DNA of 64,000 nt from Phycisphaeraceae bacterium (GTDB taxonomy: Bacteria; Planctomycetota; Phycisphaerae; Phycisphaerales; Phycisphaeraceae), in contig OY771506.1 of the NCBI GenBank assembly GCA_963674705.1, positions 3,968,001 through 4,032,000 on the forward strand. The letters are read 5' to 3'. Both the position numbers and the translations under genes were made by a program. Positions 30,125 to 39,430 of this stretch are shown here, in pieces; the first letter of the stretch is position 1; every line of letters starts with the position of its first letter. The notes beneath the pieces were generated by a model, which was not told where the DNA came from, did no database searches, and saw only the letters and a program-made list of their open reading frames with translations.

Positions 30125-31138
30125 TCACTTCACCTCAAACGTATCTCCCGAATTCAACAACTGCTCAAGCGTCCCTTCCCCGCGCTGCTTCCGCGCATCA
30201 GTCACCTGCTGCGTCAGCAAATCTTCATAGCAGGCATCCTTCACGCAGTAGTACACGCCCATCGGCTCGGGGAATTCCGGGTGCTCCATTCGGCTTAGCA
30301 TGAACGCCAGCTTCTCATCTTCCTCATCATGGAAGATCAGGTCGTCTTCCTGGTAGGCCTTGCCCAGTTCAACGATCTCCAGCTTATGGTCTCCGGTCAT
30401 GCGGATGCCTTTGTTCATCTCCTTGCCGAACACCAACGGCTTGCCGTGCTCTAACCTGATGATGTTATCTTCCTTGACCGCCTTATCCGTCGCATGCTTG
30501 AACGCGAAGTGGTTGAACACGTTGCAGTCCTGGTAGATCTCGACCAGCGCCGAACCACGATGCTGCGACGCCCGCTCCAATACCTCACCAAGGTTCTTAT
30601 CAACGTCAACGCAACGCGCTACAAAGCTCGCCTCCGCCGCCAGCGCGACAGATAACGGCGTCAACGGTAGATCGATCGAACCCATCGGCGTCGACGGGCT
30701 CTTCTTACCCGTCTCACTCGTCGGCGAGTACTGACCCTTGGTCAACCCGTAAATCCGGTTGTTAAATAACAGGATTTTCACGTTAACGTTTCGCCGCAGG
30801 ATGTGCATCAGGTGATTGCCGCCGATGCTCAGCCCGTCGCCGTCGCCGGTGATGACCCACACGTTCAGGTCCGGGTTCGCGATCTTGATCCCCGTCGCAA
30901 ACGCCGGGGCACGCCCGTGGATCGAGTGCATCCCGTACGTGCTCATGTAGTAGGGGAACCGGCTCGAACAACCGATCCCCGCAACAAAGACGGTCTTCTC
31001 ACGCTCAGCCCCCATCTTCGCAAGCACACGCTTCACCTGGTTGATGATCGCGTAATCCCCGCAACCCGGACACCAGCGGATGTCCTGGTCGGAGGCAAAA
31101 TCTTTCGGGCTCAGCACGGGTAACGGATTGGCGCTCAT
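30125..31138 (-). CDS. korB: 2-oxoacid:ferredoxin oxidoreductase beta subunit
   Basis: WCPGCGD, GIGCSSR, HGRA, GDGD...IGGNH and NN.IYGLTKGQYSPT motifs. Confidence 0.95.
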   Translation of the reverse strand: MSANPLPVLSPKDFASDQDIRWCPGCGDYAIINQVKRVLAKMGAEREKTVFVAGIGCSSRFPYYMSTYGMHSIHGRAPAFATGIKIANPDLNVWVITGDGDGLSIGGNHLMHILRRNVNVKILLFNNRIYGLTKGQYSPTSETGKKSPSTPMGSIDLPLTPLSVALAAEASFVARCVDVDKNLGEVLERASQHRGSALVEIYQDCNVFNHFAFKHATDKAVKEDNIIRLEHGKPLVFGKEMNKGIRMTGDHKLEIVELGKAYQEDDLIFHDEEDEKLAFMLSRMEHPEFPEPMGVYYCVKDACYEDLLTQQVTDARKQRGEGTLEQLLNSGDTFEVK

Positions 31139-31163
31139 CGCCTATTCTCCACGTAAATGATTC

Positions 31164-33140
31164 TCAGGCGTTGATTCCGCCATCGATTTTTGAAAAGTCG
31201 TATTCCTGATCCTCCAGCCGCACAACACCGTGGTGCGGTCGCAGGTATTCACGGTCGCCGTACTTATCCGCGAGCATCAGGTCGATCGCCTCCTCGATTT
31301 CTTCAACCAGGAAAGGCCGGCCTTGCATCTTGTTCAGACCGCGAGCGTCCACCAGATACTTGCCTCGGATCACCGTCCGCAACTGCCCCATGTTCAGTTC
31401 GGGTACAAGTACGCGCTTGTATTGCTTGAGCAGCTTGCCGAGGTTCTTCGGCATCGGATTCAGGTAACGCAGATGCGCTCCGGTCACCTTCTTGCCCGCT
31501 TCGCATGCACGGGTCACCGCGGTGAGGATCGAGCCATACGTCCCGCCCCAGCCGAGCACCAACAGTTCATCTCCGCCGTTGCCGTAGGTCTCTTGCTCAG
31601 GCAGGTCGTCCGCAATCTTTTCAACCTTCTGCTTACGAGCTTCGATCATCAACTGGTGATTGTCCGGTTCGTAACAGACGTTGCCTGTGATGTTCTGCTT
31701 CTCAAGCCCGCCGATACGGTGTTCCAACCCGGGTGTACCGGGTAAAGCCCACGGCCGTACCAGATTCTCATCACGGTCATACGCGTGGAACGTCTCAGGA
31801 TCAGACGGATGCTTGATCTCGATCTTCTCAAATGAACTGGCATCCGGGATCTTCCAGGGCTCAGAACCGTTACCGAGATAACCATCTGTCAACAGGATCA
31901 CCGGCACGCGCCGCTGCATCGCGATCCGACAAGCCTCAATCGCAGCATAGAAGCAATCGCCCGGTGACTTGGCGGCTAACACCACCGCGGGGCACTCACC
32001 GTTTCGGCCATAAATCGCCTGGAAAAGGTCGGATTGCTCGGTCTTCGTCGGCAAGCCCGTCGCCGGTCCACCACGTTGCACGTTCACGACCACCAACGGC
32101 AACTCAGTCATCACTGCAAGGCCGATCGCTTCACCCTTCAGAGCGACGCCCGGCCCGGACGTGCCCGTTACGCCAAGCTGTCCGGCATACGATGCACCGA
32201 TCGCCGCACAGACCGCCGCGATCTCGTCCTCCGCCTGGAACGTCTTGACGCCGTACTGACGCATCCCCGCCAGGGAGTGCAGCACGCTGCTGGCAGGCGT
32301 GATCGGATAGCTGCAGTAGCACACGTCTTTACCCGCAAGCTTCGCCGCCGCGACAAGACCCATCGCGACCGCCTCATTGCCCGTGATCTTCCGGTATTTG
32401 CCCGGCTCGATCGTGGCACGCTCCACGTGGTACTGCGTGGGGAACAACTCCGCCGTCTCGCCGAAGTAGAAACCGCTCTTCAGCGCCGCGATATTGGCCT
32501 CAGCGACCTGCGGCAGGTTCTTCTTCTTGCCGAAGTACGCGTTGATCTGCGCGATCGTCGTATCCAGCGGCCGATCGTACAGCCAGTACACGATCCCCAG
32601 CGCATACATGTTCTTGCAGCGGTTGATGTCTTTCGCGCCCAGCCCCGTCACTTCCAGCGCCTCATTGTTCAGCCGGGTGATCGGTACCTTGAACAGCTGA
32701 TACTTGCGGTTTTTTTCCGGATCATCCAGCGGGTTCTCGCCCTCGTCGTAGCCGGCCTTGCGAAGGTTGACCTTCTCGAACTCCGACTCGTTGACGATCA
32801 CGATCCCGCCGGGCTCGACATCGTCGATGTGAGCCTTGAACGCCGCCGGGTTCATCGCGATCAGCGCGTTGACCTTGTCGCCGGGCGTGTGGATGTCCTG
32901 GCTGGAGAAGTTGATCTGGAAACCAGACACACCCGCGACCGTCCCGACCGGCGCGCGGATTTCCGCGGGATAGTCAGGCAAGGTAGCGATGTCGTTGCCG
33001 ACCACGGCCGAGGTCGTGGTGAACTGCGTGCCGGCGAGCTGCATACCATCACCGGAATCTCCGGCAAATCGCACGACCGCTGACCTGATTTCGTGGGTGG
33101 GTTTGGTGTTGGACTTAGACGTCACTGTCCCCGTGCCCAT
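31164..33140 (-). CDS. korA: 2-oxoacid:acceptor oxidoreductase alpha subunit (gamma-alpha fusion)
   Basis: FAGDSGDGMQL, YPAEIRAP, YPITPAS, QAEDEIAA and QRGGPATGLPTK motifs. Confidence 0.95.
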   Translation of the reverse strand: MGTGTVTSKSNTKPTHEIRSAVVRFAGDSGDGMQLAGTQFTTTSAVVGNDIATLPDYPAEIRAPVGTVAGVSGFQINFSSQDIHTPGDKVNALIAMNPAAFKAHIDDVEPGGIVIVNESEFEKVNLRKAGYDEGENPLDDPEKNRKYQLFKVPITRLNNEALEVTGLGAKDINRCKNMYALGIVYWLYDRPLDTTIAQINAYFGKKKNLPQVAEANIAALKSGFYFGETAELFPTQYHVERATIEPGKYRKITGNEAVAMGLVAAAKLAGKDVCYCSYPITPASSVLHSLAGMRQYGVKTFQAEDEIAAVCAAIGASYAGQLGVTGTSGPGVALKGEAIGLAVMTELPLVVVNVQRGGPATGLPTKTEQSDLFQAIYGRNGECPAVVLAAKSPGDCFYAAIEACRIAMQRRVPVILLTDGYLGNGSEPWKIPDASSFEKIEIKHPSDPETFHAYDRDENLVRPWALPGTPGLEHRIGGLEKQNITGNVCYEPDNHQLMIEARKQKVEKIADDLPEQETYGNGGDELLVLGWGGTYGSILTAVTRACEAGKKVTGAHLRYLNPMPKNLGKLLKQYKRVLVPELNMGQLRTVIRGKYLVDARGLNKMQGRPFLVEEIEEAIDLMLADKYGDREYLRPHHGVVRLEDQEYDFSKIDGGINA

Positions 33141-33321
33141 GAGAGGCGACTCCTTCCCCGGAGCATAAAGCGGACTTTGGTTCCGCCGTGAAACCTAACG
33201 AGTGATTGTATCCTCGACAGACCGTTACACAAACGGCCAGTTTTCGATTTATTAACGCTCTCCGACTGCTAATAAGTCGGGTTAGTCTGATGTATGTATA
33301 TCCAACCGGTTCCCTCCAAGA

Positions 33322-33717
33322 TTAGTCCGCCGCGGTGATCGCATTCGCAAGCGCCATACCCGCGAACACCATCACGATGCCAAGCCCGTTATTGGCAAGC
33401 AGGTTCACCCCCGCCCACAGGTAGTCCGATTGCTTGGCCAGGGCTGTGGTGTGGAATGCGTAAGTCGAAAATGTGGTTAATGACCCTAGAAAACCGCCCA
33501 TCAGCGCGATCGCCATCGGCGTCTCCAGTTGCAGTTTCATGTCCGCACGCGCCCAGACCAGGCCGAACAGGAAGCAGCCCAGCAGATTCACCACCAGTGT
33601 GCCTATCTTCCATGGACCGATCGGGGTCTGGTCGATTAACGCGGTAAGCAGGTACCGACAAACCGCGCCCAACGCTCCGCCCAGAGCGACCCACAAGATG
33701 AGGCTCATCGACCGCAC
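33322..33717 (-). CDS. crcB: Fluoride efflux channel
   Basis: GGALGAVCRY, GTLVVNLLGCF and GFLGSLTTFST motifs. Confidence 0.93.
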   Translation of the reverse strand: MRSMSLILWVALGGALGAVCRYLLTALIDQTPIGPWKIGTLVVNLLGCFLFGLVWARADMKLQLETPMAIALMGGFLGSLTTFSTYAFHTTALAKQSDYLWAGVNLLANNGLGIVMVFAGMALANAITAAD

Positions 33718-33895
33718 AACGTCTCCTTCATAGAGAGACCGACAACATGCCGGCCGATCGTGGCGGAAAAGTTAAGGATTGTAAGCTTATGGTGCCCGGC
33801 CCGCCAGATTCAGGTTTTCCAGAAACCTCTGGACCGAGCCATGTTGCGTGAATACTGTTAGAATCTCAAACCTAACAAGAGCAGGGCGGCTTGGC

Positions 33896-34609
33896 ATGAA
33901 CAAACGTACAAACAACGAACAAACATCAAAATGGATATCGCTGCTGACCAGCGCGCTGGTCACCGCGGTATTGATCACATTGCTTACCGGCTGCGACGAT
34001 GACGAAATCCGTGCGTATCAGTCGCCCAAGTCCGATCCATACTCAGAGCCCAAACTGTTGATCGGCATGGACGGTATGGGGGGGATGGATGGGATGCAGG
34101 CGCCGGCCTCGACAAGCAAGAACACCATCGGCTGGCACGTCCCCGACGACTGGATCGAAGACCCCAACGCGTCCAGCATCCTCACCGCCGCGTACATCGT
34201 GCAAGGTGAGACCGGCGACGCACGCATCACTGTCACCAAACTCGGCAGCGGTGGCGGCGGCGTTCTGGCTAATATCAATCGCTGGCGCGGCCAGGTCGGG
34301 CTTGATCCGATCGAATCTATCGACGCACAGGAGAAAGTAAGCGTTCAGGTGGATGATCAAACCTGTGACCTGATCGATCTTGTAAAGCCTGAAAATGCAG
34401 GCCAAACCATGATCGACCGCATGATGGTCGTCATGCTCCCACGGCCACAAGACGGGCTGACCTGGTACTTCAAGATGACCGGCTCGGTCGATGCACTTGA
34501 GGAACATAAGCCGGCGTTTATCACCTTCGTCGAGTCCATCAAGTTCGGCGTCGAACAAGCACCGACCGAACCAAACGAACCGGCAAGCGCGGGAGACGCC
34601 GGTGAATAA
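33896..34609 (+). CDS. Hypothetical lipoprotein leading the cytochrome c biogenesis operon
   Basis: LTGC lipobox, W..P..W, ANINRWRGQVGL and WYFKMTG motifs; overlaps the next gene. Confidence 0.75.
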   Translation: MNKRTNNEQTSKWISLLTSALVTAVLITLLTGCDDDEIRAYQSPKSDPYSEPKLLIGMDGMGGMDGMQAPASTSKNTIGWHVPDDWIEDPNASSILTAAYIVQGETGDARITVTKLGSGGGGVLANINRWRGQVGLDPIESIDAQEKVSVQVDDQTCDLIDLVKPENAGQTMIDRMMVVMLPRPQDGLTWYFKMTGSVDALEEHKPAFITFVESIKFGVEQAPTEPNEPASAGDAGE

Positions 34610-35798
34610 ATCCATCAAGAAAGCACTTGCGCCGATCGCATCGTTGAAGCTGACGGTGCTGCTTTTCGTATTAGCGATGATCCTCATATTCGTCGGCACG
34701 ATCGCGCAGAAAGAAATCGGCAACTGGCAGGTCGTCAACACCTACTTCCGATCCTTGTGGTTGATGATGCCCATCGGGATCGCGGGCATCAAGGTCCCGT
34801 TCGTCGGCGGGTACACGATCGGCGGACTGATGGTCATCAACCTGATCGCCGCCCATATCGTGCGGTTCAAGCTGGACGAGAAACGCATCGGGATCATCCT
34901 TACCCATGCCGGATTAATCATGCTGATCGTCGGCGAGGTACTCACCGGCTTGTTCGCGGTCGAGTGGCAGATGCGGATCGAAGAAGGGCAGACCGTCAAC
35001 TACGCGGTCGACATCCGGTCGGTCGAGTTGGCGATTGTCGACCCTTCGCCGGAGGATCACGACGACGTGGTGGTCATCCCCGAGTCGATTTTGGAGCGTC
35101 ACAACAACGGCCTGACGATCCACGACGATCGGCTGCCGTTCGATGTGCAGGTTTTGACCTGGATGTCAAATTCGAGCGTGCTCGCTCCACGTTTTGCACC
35201 ACCCGATGGGCGCACAAACCCTGCGCGTTCGGGCCTTGGGCGCACAATCCAGGTCATACCGGCCCCGCCGGTCAGCGGCGTGAACATGAACGGGCTCGAC
35301 GCCCCCTCGGCATACATCCGGCTGAGCAAAAAAGGGCAAGATCTGGGAACCTATTTGGTCAGTCTTAACTTCGAGTTCATCGCCGACGAGACCCGCCAGG
35401 CGGTAACCGTCGACGACAAGACCTACCTGATCGAGCTGCGCTACGTCCGGGACTACAAGCCGTACTCGATCACGCTGATCGACTTCAAGCACGACAAGTT
35501 CATCGGCACGCAGATCCCGAAGAACTTTTCAAGCGAAGTCAGGCTCGTCGACCCGACGACCGGCGAAGATCGACCGGCACTGATCTACATGAACCATCCG
35601 CTTCGCTATCGGCCGCTGAACTCGCGCGGCGAGACGATGTATCAAAGCAGCTATATAGGCGATACGACAACGGTATTGCAGATCGTGCGTAATCCGAGCT
35701 GGATCGTGCCGTATGTTGCTTGTGCGATCGTGTCAATTGGTTTAGCGACGCACTTCGGATTGATGCTGATCAAGTTCGTTGGGAGGGCGCGGCGATGA
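34602..35798 (+). CDS. ResB/Ccs1-like cytochrome c biogenesis protein
   Basis: ASLKLTV.L...GTIAQ, GIILTHAG, I.MNHPLRY and YQSSY motifs, C-terminal TM helix; GTG start at 34602. Confidence 0.85.
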   Translation: MNKSIKKALAPIASLKLTVLLFVLAMILIFVGTIAQKEIGNWQVVNTYFRSLWLMMPIGIAGIKVPFVGGYTIGGLMVINLIAAHIVRFKLDEKRIGIILTHAGLIMLIVGEVLTGLFAVEWQMRIEEGQTVNYAVDIRSVELAIVDPSPEDHDDVVVIPESILERHNNGLTIHDDRLPFDVQVLTWMSNSSVLAPRFAPPDGRTNPARSGLGRTIQVIPAPPVSGVNMNGLDAPSAYIRLSKKGQDLGTYLVSLNFEFIADETRQAVTVDDKTYLIELRYVRDYKPYSITLIDFKHDKFIGTQIPKNFSSEVRLVDPTTGEDRPALIYMNHPLRYRPLNSRGETMYQSSYIGDTTTVLQIVRNPSWIVPYVACAIVSIGLATHFGLMLIKFVGRARR

Positions 35799-37729
35799 AG
35801 AAGGTCACGCTATGGCTGCCGCTGGTTGCCGTGCTTCTGAGCGTGTTTGTATTGGTTCGACCGATCATGCCCAAGCAGACGGTCGGCGCTTATAACCTGG
35901 ATGCGTTGGGCAAGCTGCCGGTATCTGCCGGTGGCCGCACCAAGCCGTTGGATTCCGTGGCGCGTAACAGCCTGATGATCATCAGCGATCGACAGACGGC
36001 CACCGCAAACAATCAACGCATCAGCGCGATGCGCTGGATGGCGGATGTCATCTCGCAACGGCCGGAAACCGAGAGTTATGAAGTCTTCCGCATCGATCAC
36101 CCGGACGTCCGCAGCCTGCTGGGTGAAGTGCCGGATAAACAGAAGCGTTTCAGCTTCAATCAGTTGCTCATGCACAGTCAGGCTATCAACGAGCAGCTTG
36201 CACTTGTGCGTGGCATCGATCCGAAGGACTTTACGATCTATCAGAAGCACTTGATGGAGCTTGCGGATCATGTCCAGATGTTCCAGGACATCCGGCATCG
36301 CCTGACGCCGTACATGCTGCCGCCGTTGAGCCCGGGCGAAAACTGGCGGCCGCTTGCACCCGAAATGGTGGTCGTCGAGGGGCATCCCGATCCGTCCGTG
36401 GCTGCGCAGTATTGGAAGAAAATCCTCGACGCTTACCAGCAGCAGAATCCGCAGGAATTCAACCAGCAGGTGGCCGAATACACCACGCTATTGAATAGCG
36501 ACATGCCCGCAGTGATGCGCAAGGCAAAGTTCGAGGTGTTCTTCAACAACTTACAGCCTTTCTACCAAGGGACGGTGCTGTACGTGCTGGCGTTCCTGCT
36601 GGGCGCAATCGCGTTACTGGCATCCAACATAAAGAATGGTACGCTGGCAATTGCACTACGGCGTGCGATGGTTAGCGTCATCGTGGTGACGTTTATCATC
36701 CATACTTTCGGGTTGGCAGCGCGGGTGTACATGCAGGGCTACGCCCCGGTCACGAACCTGTATTCCTCGGCGGTTTTCATCGGTTGGTTCTGCGTGGCGA
36801 TGGGCCTGTTCATGGAGTGGCTGTTCAAGAACGGGCTGGGCAGTTGCTTGTCAGCAGTGATCGGGTTCGTCACGCTGATTATTGCGCATAACCTCGCCGA
36901 CGGCGACACGATGCAGATGATGCAGGCGGTACTCGATTCCAACTTCTGGCTGACGACGCACGTCATCGCCGTGACGATCGGTTACTCGGCGATGTTTATG
37001 GCAGGCGTGATCTCGATAGTTTTTGTTGCTTTGGCAGTACACGGGCAGTGCGTATCAGAATACCGTGGAAGAGTATTGGCAACCTTAGTCGGTGCCTCGT
37101 TGTTTACTTTAGTCGCAATTGCCCTCGCAATCGTTCTTACTCTGTTTGCGATTCCGCAATTTGCGATCCGCAGTGTTCTACTGTTGACAGGCTATACATC
37201 GTTGTTTTATGTCATATTTGTCGGTGCCGTTTACCTGCTGTCACTTCTTCCATGGCGGCCTGACACCTCGGAAGTTCAAAAAATCCTGGGCAAGATGATC
37301 TACGGCACGATCGCGTTTGCGTTGCTGTTCAGCTTCGTCGGGACGGTGCTGGGCGGTATCTGGGCGGACCAGAGCTGGGGGCGATTCTGGGGCTGGGACC
37401 CGAAGGAAAACGGCGCGGTGCTGATCGTATTGATGAACGCGCTGATCCTTCACGCACGCTGGGGCGGGATGATCCGGATGCGCGGCGTCGCGGTGCTGGC
37501 GGTCTTCGGCAACATCGTCACCGCATGGAGCTGGTTCGGCACGAACATGCTCGGCGTCGGCCTGCACAGCTACGGCTTCATGGATAAGGCGGTTATCTGG
37601 ATGCTCATCTTTGTCGGAAGCCAACTGGCGATCATGACCGCGGGAATGCTGCCGATCGATAAGTGGAAGAGTCATCCAACGCAGAAGCGCAGGCAGAAAG
37701 CCGCTGCTGAAGCGCCGCAGACGACGTGA
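35795..37729 (+). CDS. ccsA: CcsA/ResC cytochrome c biogenesis protein
   Basis: GRTKPLDS, PVTNLYSS, WLTTHV and WWD motif GIWADQSWGRFWGWDPKEN, GLHSY; ATGA overlap with the upstream gene. Confidence 0.92.
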   Translation: MKKVTLWLPLVAVLLSVFVLVRPIMPKQTVGAYNLDALGKLPVSAGGRTKPLDSVARNSLMIISDRQTATANNQRISAMRWMADVISQRPETESYEVFRIDHPDVRSLLGEVPDKQKRFSFNQLLMHSQAINEQLALVRGIDPKDFTIYQKHLMELADHVQMFQDIRHRLTPYMLPPLSPGENWRPLAPEMVVVEGHPDPSVAAQYWKKILDAYQQQNPQEFNQQVAEYTTLLNSDMPAVMRKAKFEVFFNNLQPFYQGTVLYVLAFLLGAIALLASNIKNGTLAIALRRAMVSVIVVTFIIHTFGLAARVYMQGYAPVTNLYSSAVFIGWFCVAMGLFMEWLFKNGLGSCLSAVIGFVTLIIAHNLADGDTMQMMQAVLDSNFWLTTHVIAVTIGYSAMFMAGVISIVFVALAVHGQCVSEYRGRVLATLVGASLFTLVAIALAIVLTLFAIPQFAIRSVLLLTGYTSLFYVIFVGAVYLLSLLPWRPDTSEVQKILGKMIYGTIAFALLFSFVGTVLGGIWADQSWGRFWGWDPKENGAVLIVLMNALILHARWGGMIRMRGVAVLAVFGNIVTAWSWFGTNMLGVGLHSYGFMDKAVIWMLIFVGSQLAIMTAGMLPIDKWKSHPTQKRRQKAAAEAPQTT

Positions 37730-37757
37730 TTGATTGTTGTATGGATGTGGCGTTTGC

Positions 37758-37866
37758 CGTTTACAGCCCGCGTTGCGTCGCAACGCTGCTATGAAAGAAG
37801 TTAAAACGTAAACGCAATCAATCCGGCCCTCACCCTAGCCCTCTCCCGCGGGGAGAGGGGACCAGA
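37758..37866 (-). repeat. Composite ~110-bp element, copy 2 (inverted)
   Basis: gtttacagcccgcgttgcgtcgcaacgc...aatcaatccggccctcaccctagccctctcccgcggggagagggg. Confidence 0.8.
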
Positions 37867-37888
37867 TTGATGTAATAACGGGGCATGA

Positions 37889-38548
37889 ATGAGCGGACAG
37901 TTGAGGAAGTTCGGCCCTCACCCCGGCCCTCTCCCAGGGGGAGAGGGAGGAAGATGTTCGCGTGCGTTTTATCGGCGGGAGCCGGTGGTGGTGGCCAAGG
38001 CGCTACTGGGCCAGCGATTAGTGCGGGTGCTCGATGGGAAGCGTATCGCGGGGACGATCGTGGAAGTCGAAGCGTACCTGGGTGCAGCGGACAAGGCGGC
38101 GCATACATCTAATGGTCGACGCACGGCCCGCAATGAGTCGATGTGGGGCGATGGCGGGCATGCTTACGTGTACTTCACGTACGGGATGCACTATTGCATG
38201 AACGTGGTGGCGTCGAAGGTGGACGACCCGGTGGCGGTCTTGATCCGCGCGATCGAGCCGAGCGAGGGGGTGGAAGGGATGTTTAAGCGTCGCAAGGCTG
38301 CGAAGAAGCAGACGGACCTGTGCTCCGGGCCGGCGAAGTTGTGCCAGGCGTTAGGGATCGATCGTGAACTGGACGGACACGATTTAGTCAATGGTGAACA
38401 ATTGTTTATCGAACAGTTGCGAAAAACAGCGATGCCGGCAAGCAAGATCGTGACATCCGCGCGGATTGGGGTAGGGTATGCGGAGGAATGGGCGGACAAA
38501 CCGCTGCGGTTTTATGTCAAGGATAATCCCTATATCAGCAAGAAGTGA
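37889..38548 (+). CDS. mpg: 3-methyladenine DNA glycosylase (AAG/MPG family)
   Basis: VAKALLG, IVEVEAYLG..D.AAH, YVYFTYGMHYCMN, AVLIRAIEP, SGPAKLCQALGI and RIG motifs. Confidence 0.93.
   Translation: MSGQLRKFGPHPGPLPGGEGGRCSRAFYRREPVVVAKALLGQRLVRVLDGKRIAGTIVEVEAYLGAADKAAHTSNGRRTARNESMWGDGGHAYVYFTYGMHYCMNVVASKVDDPVAVLIRAIEPSEGVEGMFKRRKAAKKQTDLCSGPAKLCQALGIDRELDGHDLVNGEQLFIEQLRKTAMPASKIVTSARIGVGYAEEWADKPLRFYVKDNPYISKK
37913..37949 (+). repeat. CCCTCACCC-CCCTCTCCC palindromic repeat inside the mpg 5' end
   Basis: cggccctcaccccggccctctcccagggggagagggag, read in frame as GPHPGPLPGGEG. Confidence 0.8.
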
Positions 38549-39288
38549 TGAGCGAATTGGTCAACTGGACAATGCGGAAGCTGCCGAACTGTGAGATCAC
38601 GGTCGGGCTGTGTGCGTGGCGTTTGTCGATGCTGGCGGGAGAAGATGCGGAATATGTGAAGTCGCATCCGTCGCTGATCGTGGTCGATCCTGCGGATGAG
38701 GATGCGCTGCTGGCAAGTGTGGGGCGTGAATTGGGCGATTTGCCGGTACTGCTGGGGATCGCGGAGCCGGCGTTCAGCAGGCAGTTAGAGGGGGAGATCC
38801 TGAGGCGGATGGCACTACTGGGCCGGCAGCGTGTAGATGCGTTGGTGCTACACGTGCAGGACCCGGCGGAGGTGAAGAGCGGCGGGATGCTGCAAACCTT
38901 GTTCACGCTGCGAGAAAAGGGCGTGGCGGGCATTCTGGGGCTGGCACACCGTGATGGTCGGGCGGCGGAATGGCTGAGCCAGAACGCGGCTGTACGGCTT
39001 CTAGGCGTGAATTATTCGTTAGAAGATCAATCTGCGGCTTTTAGAATGCTGGATAGTGCAAGAGAATACGGGATGGATACGTTTGGACTTGTATGTCCGG
39101 AAAGCGTTGAGGCGATCCGGTTCGCTCTGGCTGAGCACGAGCGTGTGCTGGCGGTGCTGGATCGTCCTATCCCGGCGGGGCTTGAGCCGATGACCGAAAA
39201 GCAGCGGGAGCAAGCCTGGAACAATTACAAACTCGGCCACAGTGAGCCGGCGAAGCTGCCCCGAGGCCTGCCGCCTGAGGTGGAATGA
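38545..39288 (+). CDS. Degenerate aldo/keto reductase-like protein
   Basis: LLGRQRVDALVLH and LREKGVAGILGLA resemble AKR core motifs; overlaps the mpg stop. Confidence 0.55.
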   Translation: MMSELVNWTMRKLPNCEITVGLCAWRLSMLAGEDAEYVKSHPSLIVVDPADEDALLASVGRELGDLPVLLGIAEPAFSRQLEGEILRRMALLGRQRVDALVLHVQDPAEVKSGGMLQTLFTLREKGVAGILGLAHRDGRAAEWLSQNAAVRLLGVNYSLEDQSAAFRMLDSAREYGMDTFGLVCPESVEAIRFALAEHERVLAVLDRPIPAGLEPMTEKQREQAWNNYKLGHSEPAKLPRGLPPEVE

Positions 39289-39430
39289 ATGATTGACGGT
39301 CCGGGTGACGACTTAGCAGTCCGGGCCAAGTAAGGGTATGATTGATACTGGCCGATAAAGTGTGGTCGCAGTATGACCCGACGCGTAAAATGATGTGTGG
39401 CCGAACCCAGACGACCCGGTGCTGAACCCA

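Noticed and set aside
29948..30298. Short ORFs containing LSPLHPGEGQGEG / PLPLGEGRGEG-type peptides (also 37830-38108 and 49865-50113)
   Set aside because: These are incidental translations of the palindromic repeats and overlap real genes.
32034..33083. 349-aa + strand ORF, and similar long antisense ORFs (39725-40624, 51710-52561, 44182-44907)
   Set aside because: These are shadow ORFs opposite well-supported genes, expected in high-GC DNA, and carry no motifs.
33262..33280. ccgact-N7-agtcgg palindrome as a dif or parS site
   Set aside because: It matches neither consensus; more likely a weak terminator or operator, and it cannot be supported further.
33718..33895. Fluoride riboswitch upstream of crcB
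   Set aside because: No GGYGAUGG-type consensus is visible on the minus strand.
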